A stretch of DNA of 64,000 nucleotides, taken from Deferribacterales bacterium (GTDB lineage: Bacteria > Chrysiogenota > Deferribacteres > Deferribacterales > Geovibrionaceae). The position numbers were made by a program, and so were the translations under genes. The notes beneath the pieces are model-generated. The model was given only the letters and a program-made list of their open reading frames with translations, was not told the origin of the DNA and searched no databases. This document shows positions 59,199 through 64,000 of the stretch, one piece after another. Every line of letters starts with the position of its first letter. Position 1 is the stretch's first letter. The stretch lies in NCBI GenBank assembly GCA_050253075.1, contig JBFWJS010000006.1, positions 32,001 to 96,000 on the forward strand. The letters are read 5' to 3'.

Positions 59199-59772
59199 CT
59201 TCCGTTTGTTCCGACTGCTGAAGCCTGTAGGACTTAGCATAATTCTGGAAATAAACCCAGCCGGAATGCAGTGAGAGTATTACTGACACATAAACGATGA
59301 GCTTACCTATCAGCATTACGTCTATGCTATATAAAGGATTTTTCCATATGATGGCACCGACGCCTATCATCTGGAAAACCGTCTTAATCTTTCCGCCTCT
59401 GCCCGCAGCGATAACAGTACCGTTAGTGGCAGCTACATTCCTCAGAGCACCGATCAGCAGGTCTCTGCCTATCAGAATGATGACAACGACAGCCTCCAGC
59501 CTGCCCAGCTCCACAAGGAGCACAAGGGCAGCAGTGACAAGTATCTTGTCTGCTACAGGGTCGAGTATTTTACCGAGGTCTGTTACGATATTTCTGCTTC
59601 GGGCTATGTGACCGTCTACAAGGTCTGTGAGTGCTGTAAATGTATAAATAACTGTGGCTGCTATGTTTGTCCAGTATCTGTCAAAGTAGAGCAGCACTAT
59701 AAACACAGGTACTAAAGCTATCCTAGCCAGCGTTATCTTATTAGCGATGTTCATCTGGTTTCGAAATGGCAT
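59182..59772 (-). CDS. pgsA: CDP-diacylglycerol--glycerol-3-phosphate 3-phosphatidyltransferase
   Basis: N.ITLAR, TD.VDGHIAR, GKILDPVADK, GKIKT. Confidence 0.93.
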   Translation of the reverse strand: MPFRNQMNIANKITLARIALVPVFIVLLYFDRYWTNIAATVIYTFTALTDLVDGHIARSRNIVTDLGKILDPVADKILVTAALVLLVELGRLEAVVVIILIGRDLLIGALRNVAATNGTVIAAGRGGKIKTVFQMIGVGAIIWKNPLYSIDVMLIGKLIVYVSVILSLHSGWVYFQNYAKSYRLQQSEQTEDEQHI

Positions 59773-59849
59773 AATAATTCCCCTAAATTCATGCGTGATT
59801 ATACATACAGCGCATCAAATATTCCAGCAATATTATTGTTATAGATAAT

Positions 59850-61595
59850 TTAATGGAAATATACGTCGGAACATTTCTCTTCGATGAAACGCTCGACATG
59901 TTCTTCTGCCAGTTTGGCAATTTTTATATCCAGAAGCTCGTCCACCAGCTTTTCACAGTCGCTTATGTTCAGAGCCCTTATGATCATCCTTGCTTTCAGC
60001 AGTCCCGCAGGGCTCATGCTGAGGTTTCGAAAGCCCAGCCCGAGCAGCATAGGGATATATTTCGGTTCGCCTGCGATCTCTCCGCAGACGGTGCATCCTA
60101 TGCCTGCGTTGTTTGCGCTGTCGATTATCTTTTTCAGAGTGCGTATCACAGCAGGGTGTGCAGGCCTGTAGAGGTATGCGACAAACTCGTTATTACGGTC
60201 TATTCCCAGCGTATACTGGATAAGGTCATTTGTACCGACGCTGAAGTAGTCCACCTCTGCAGCGATAAAATCGCTTATAACAGCCAGAGAAGGCAGCTCC
60301 ATCATAACGCCGACCTTTATGTCTTCATTAAACGCTACGCCCTCTTCCCTCAGCTCTTCCTTCGCCTTGCTGAGTGCTGCGGAGCATCTGTAATACTCCT
60401 CCATCCCTGATATCATAGGGAAGAGTATCTGTATCTCTCCGTATGCGGATGCACGGAGTATCGCGCGGAGCTGTTTATTGAAAAAGTCGTGATATTTTAG
60501 CGAGTAACGCACGGCACGCAGTCCCATAGCGGGGTTCTGCTCATCGGGATGAGGCATATACTTCGACAGCTTGTCCGCTCCGAGGTCGAATGTTCGCACT
60601 ACTATAGGCTTGTTGCTGCCGTTCTCATGCACTGCCTCTTTCAATATCTGAAACTGCTTCTCCTCCGATACGTTTCCATGCTCCATATAGATGTATTCCG
60701 TACGGTAGAGCCCTACTCCGTCATGGTTATAAGCGGCGGAGAGGTGCAGCTCGTCATTCAGCTCCACATTGCTGTAGGTATGTATGCGTGTGCCGTCTTT
60801 TGTGACGGGTTCTTCATGCTTGAGCTTTGCCAGCTCTTTTATATATTCTTCGTATCTCTTGTCTTTTGTGGCATAGCTATCCAGAGTCTCTTCGTCCGGA
60901 TCAACTATCACCACACCTTCAAAGCCGTCTACGATAACAACATCACCGTTCTTAGCTGCGGACGCTATATCCTCCAGCCCCACAACGGCAGGTATGCCCA
61001 GCGAGCGGGCAAGGATAGACGTGTGCGATGTCTTACTGCCCAGATCGGTGGCAAAGCCTTTTATATGCTTTTTTGTCATCTGAGACGTATCTGACGGTGT
61101 CAGGTCGTGCGCTATGATGATGTCCGCATTGGTGGCGTCCAGCACGGTATCCATCTCTTCGTCGCTCATAAAGCGCAGTATCTTCTGTACCACGTTGTTT
61201 ATGTCCGACTTCCTCTCCCGCAGGTATTCATTAGGGGATTTGTCAAACTGGCTCATGAGGTATCCGCCCGATTTACTCAGGGCATATTCCGCATTTACCA
61301 GATCCTTTTCGATGGTCTGCTCTGCCTCGCCTATCAGCATATTGTCACGCAGCAGCATCAGGTATATGTCAAAGATGAATGCGTGCTCCTCTGTGAGAGA
61401 GTCCTCGCTCATGGTCTTTGATGTGCTGATGAAGTCCGCTGTTTTTTCAATGGCGTTTGCAAGTTTCTGCTTTTCAGACGCTACTTCATTGGCAGAGATA
61501 TTGTACCTGCGTACGTTTATCTTTTGTCTGTCCAGAATGTAACAGCGTCCGATGGATATACCGTCGCTGGACGCTATACCCTTAAGTGTTTTCAA
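59850..61595 (-). CDS. ptsI: PEP-protein phosphotransferase (PTS enzyme I)
   Basis: GSKTSHTSILAR phospho-His, GLYRTE, NPAMGLR, SVGTNDL.QY. Confidence 0.95.
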   Translation of the reverse strand: MKTLKGIASSDGISIGRCYILDRQKINVRRYNISANEVASEKQKLANAIEKTADFISTSKTMSEDSLTEEHAFIFDIYLMLLRDNMLIGEAEQTIEKDLVNAEYALSKSGGYLMSQFDKSPNEYLRERKSDINNVVQKILRFMSDEEMDTVLDATNADIIIAHDLTPSDTSQMTKKHIKGFATDLGSKTSHTSILARSLGIPAVVGLEDIASAAKNGDVVIVDGFEGVVIVDPDEETLDSYATKDKRYEEYIKELAKLKHEEPVTKDGTRIHTYSNVELNDELHLSAAYNHDGVGLYRTEYIYMEHGNVSEEKQFQILKEAVHENGSNKPIVVRTFDLGADKLSKYMPHPDEQNPAMGLRAVRYSLKYHDFFNKQLRAILRASAYGEIQILFPMISGMEEYYRCSAALSKAKEELREEGVAFNEDIKVGVMMELPSLAVISDFIAAEVDYFSVGTNDLIQYTLGIDRNNEFVAYLYRPAHPAVIRTLKKIIDSANNAGIGCTVCGEIAGEPKYIPMLLGLGFRNLSMSPAGLLKARMIIRALNISDCEKLVDELLDIKIAKLAEEHVERFIEEKCSDVYFH

Positions 61596-61864
61596 CGTTC
61601 TTCACCAAATCTGTTTGTAATGAGGTCTTTCAGTGCGGAAAAAGCCTCTTGCTCGTCTTCACCGCAAATATCAAGATGTATGCTTGACCCTTTGCTTGCC
61701 GCCAGCATCATAAGTCCCATGATGCTCTTGCCGTTTACTTCCATTCCGTCTTTGGACACTTTGATATCCGATCGGAATTTTTCAGAAGTTTTGACAAATG
61801 CGCCGGCAGCCCTTGCGTGCATTCCGAGCTCGTTTACAATCTCAACTTGTTCTTTAACTCCCAA
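61592..61864 (-). CDS. ptsH: Phosphocarrier protein HPr
   Basis: GMHARAA (His15 motif), GKSIMG (Ser46 motif); TTG start. Confidence 0.93.
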   Translation of the reverse strand: MGVKEQVEIVNELGMHARAAGAFVKTSEKFRSDIKVSKDGMEVNGKSIMGLMMLAASKGSSIHLDICGEDEQEAFSALKDLITNRFGEER

Positions 61865-61866
61865 AC

Positions 61867-62565
61867 CTATACTCCTATAACATATAAGAAAAAACTAGTA
61901 ATAAAAAGCATGCCTACCAGTCCGAATACTATGTCTACCTTCTTCGCAATTGCGAGCCCTAGTAATAGATAGACCGTCAGTACTCCGAGAACCAGCGGGT
62001 TGAACTGTGCGCATTCCTTAACCAGAAACGACAGAAAAACCCCAAGCATAAACGTCGACATGGTATCAACATGGGTGGACCACTTATTAAAGCTGATCCT
62101 GTTGAAAAACATGATAACGTCTTTTCCGAGTGTTTTGCCCACCTCGTATCCGCTGAAACGGAAAGCAAGGTGAAGCATATTATATAAGCCAAGATAAGCT
62201 ATAAGTCCGTAAAGCGGATCGTAGTAGCCTATCAGTGCAGCAATGATAAAGCAGAGCGGACGGAGAGAATGCCAGAAAAAGCTGTCTCCGAGAGCTCCGA
62301 AAGCGGAAGCGTATACCTTTTTATAAAAGTCGGGCTGACCGCCCTTCTTCTTTTCGGTGATCCACATCCCCAGTATAAAGTTTGCGAGGTAAGGATGGGT
62401 GTGGAAATATTCTGTTTCTTTCAGCATCTCTTCCTCTGTGAGCTCCAGCCCTTCCTTCTTGGTGGCGTTCTCCACCAGATACCGGAATCCTGTCCCCTGC
62501 ATGTTCTCATGGTTCAGGTTTGCCTGATAAATGAGGCTTTTGAGTGCGATGATGAAATTATTCAT
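61867..62565 (-). CDS. PTS mannose/fructose/sorbose family IID-like subunit
   Basis: N.ENMQG.GF, YFHTHP, GALGDSFFW..LRP. Confidence 0.8.
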   Translation of the reverse strand: MNNFIIALKSLIYQANLNHENMQGTGFRYLVENATKKEGLELTEEEMLKETEYFHTHPYLANFILGMWITEKKKGGQPDFYKKVYASAFGALGDSFFWHSLRPLCFIIAALIGYYDPLYGLIAYLGLYNMLHLAFRFSGYEVGKTLGKDVIMFFNRISFNKWSTHVDTMSTFMLGVFLSFLVKECAQFNPLVLGVLTVYLLLGLAIAKKVDIVFGLVGMLFITSFFLYVIGV

Positions 62566-63212
62566 AATATCATCCACCCAGCCGCAAGTCCGCAGGCGAA
62601 AATGACGTATTTCACAAATGACTTAACAGAAAGAAACCTCACAACATAGCCCGAGAGGAATGTGAATATCATAAGCGAGAAGAGGAACAGATTAAACCTT
62701 GTCTCCAGATATCCGTGTATTGCGTTATATATGGCATAAACCAGCACGGTGCCCAGTCCGTATACCACCACGCCTCGGACAAATGCCGCAGCCATCCCCA
62801 GTAAAAGGAGCTGAAGCGCATTCACTCTCCCTCTTTCATACTGACGCATGAACAGCTTCTTATTAAAAGACCTGCCCAGCATACATGTATAAGTAACGGG
62901 GAACATGAGTAGTATGGAGATGAGGAAACCGAGTACAAATTCGTCCGAGTGCTCTATGGGGAGCATGGCAAACAGCATGCACGCTGCGAACGCCCCGAAA
63001 GAGTCTTCCTTTGGGATGCGTGTGCCGAAGGGCACATCAATAAGGCCAACAGCCTCGAACACCAGACCTATATAAAAACATTCCTGCTGATTCCCGAATA
63101 TGAGCCCCAGCACAAATGCAACAACTATCGGCCTGGACAGCATCAGATTGAAAGCTGCGAACCTGTCTACGGAGATCAGACCCGCATAAACTGCTGCCAG
63201 AAATAGATTCAA
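62562..63212 (-). CDS. PTS mannose-family IIC-like subunit
   Basis: SRPIV, G...E...L..P.G..IP; hydrophobic. Confidence 0.75.
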   Translation of the reverse strand: MNLFLAAVYAGLISVDRFAAFNLMLSRPIVVAFVLGLIFGNQQECFYIGLVFEAVGLIDVPFGTRIPKEDSFGAFAACMLFAMLPIEHSDEFVLGFLISILLMFPVTYTCMLGRSFNKKLFMRQYERGRVNALQLLLLGMAAAFVRGVVVYGLGTVLVYAIYNAIHGYLETRFNLFLFSLMIFTFLSGYVVRFLSVKSFVKYVIFACGLAAGWMIL

Positions 63213-63703
63213 AGATTCCCCTCCAGAAGGTCGGTGAAATTCATGATCTCTACGCTGGTCTCCCAGGGTACTTTGTGTATAAAGACCTCATGGTCTTTAC
63301 GTATCCTGCAGACCTTGTATATCTCTTCAGGGTTTAAGAAAACCGTGTTGGAAACTTCTATCTTATGCTCGCGGCTGGCGACGCAGCCGATATTTACGTA
63401 TACTTTGTCGTTGATGAGACCCCGCACTTCATAAAGCTCGTCGACAGTCTCCACCAGTATCAGCACATAGTCCTTTGCGTATCTGTCTGCATTGTAATGC
63501 GCCTTGAACTCTTCCATCGTGCAGATAGTGAGTTCTGTCCCGGGCGGTAAAGAACTGGAGTATATCATCTTTTGCAGCGGATCAGCCGAAACCCTGTCAT
63601 TCACCAGAATAACATGGTTTATCTTGAAATACTTGACCCAGCCTTCGATGACCTGTCCGTGTATCAGTCTGTCGTCTACTCGAAAAATGATCTTCTTCAT
63701 CAT
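63209..63703 (-). CDS. PTS mannose-family IIB subunit
   Basis: RVDDRLIHGQV phospho-His motif, VNIG. Confidence 0.9.
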   Translation of the reverse strand: MMKKIIFRVDDRLIHGQVIEGWVKYFKINHVILVNDRVSADPLQKMIYSSSLPPGTELTICTMEEFKAHYNADRYAKDYVLILVETVDELYEVRGLINDKVYVNIGCVASREHKIEVSNTVFLNPEEIYKVCRIRKDHEVFIHKVPWETSVEIMNFTDLLEGNL

Positions 63704-64000
63704 TTACCTTTAAGAAGCTGTCCTGCTACGATAATGCTTGTCTTTCCGGATTCTGCGCAGTCCTCGCATATGGCAGAGAGAGATTTGTTCTCTTTGCGCA
63801 CGCTGAGTGCTTTGATAAGCATAGGCAGATTAACCCCGGAAACCACCTCTACATTCTTAGAACCGAGGTAAGCCATTGATATATTGGAAGGGCTGCCGCC
63901 GAACATGTCTGTAAATACGATGGCGCCCGAATTAGCATATTTTTCTATAGATGACTCTATCTCATCAGCAATAGAAGAGAGGGATGCGCCCTCCTGCATG
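63700..64000 (-). CDS. PTS mannose-family IIA subunit (5' truncated by window edge)
   Basis: TDMFGGSPSN, SGVNLPMLI. Confidence 0.88.
   Translation of the reverse strand, partial: MQEGASLSSIADEIESSIEKYANSGAIVFTDMFGGSPSNISMAYLGSKNVEVVSGVNLPMLIKALSVRKENKSLSAICEDCAESGKTSIIVAGQLLKGK

Noticed and set aside
1883..61880. Many long antisense or alternate-frame ORFs (e.g. 1883-2620, 15350-16087, 32252-33031, 34605-35456, 54956-55699)
   Set aside because: They lie entirely within well-supported genes, show no recognisable motifs, and are explained by codon bias.

Overview
Core-genome segment of an anaerobic Gram-negative bacterium; gene order and protein style suggest Deferribacterota (Denitrovibrio/Seleniivibrio-like), which is inference only. 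There are about 69 CDSs, nearly all on the minus strand in long, translationally coupled operons. Left part: gph-mtaD-purB, a lexA-orf84-dinB SOS cassette, ntrY/ntrX, trpS-scpA-scpB-rluB-queD, and pgeF-yggS-yggT-K+ channel-PIN/TRAM-ispD. Middle part: glgP-macrodomain-MFS, rimP-nusA-ylxR-infB-rbfA-truB-rpsO-pnp-M16-dut, and iorAB. Right part: marR/tolC, an MCP, aroE-pilT, pgsA-plsY-rib-nusB-tldD-yhaM, and a mannose-class PTS with HPr and EI. No rRNA, tRNA, CRISPR, prophage or transposase was recognised. Best leads: (i) a family of short intergenic GTCA...TCT palindromes with a co-varying stem, some in inverted pairs; (ii) a lexA/small ORF/DinB cassette with a Gram-positive-type SOS box; (iii) an apparently catalytically dead HD-GYP-like protein with a Cys-rich tail; (iv) a rimP-leader-like attenuator sitting directly in front of nusA; (v) a candidate S15 leader; (vi) a probably leaderless marR. 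All calls are by eye, with no database searches.
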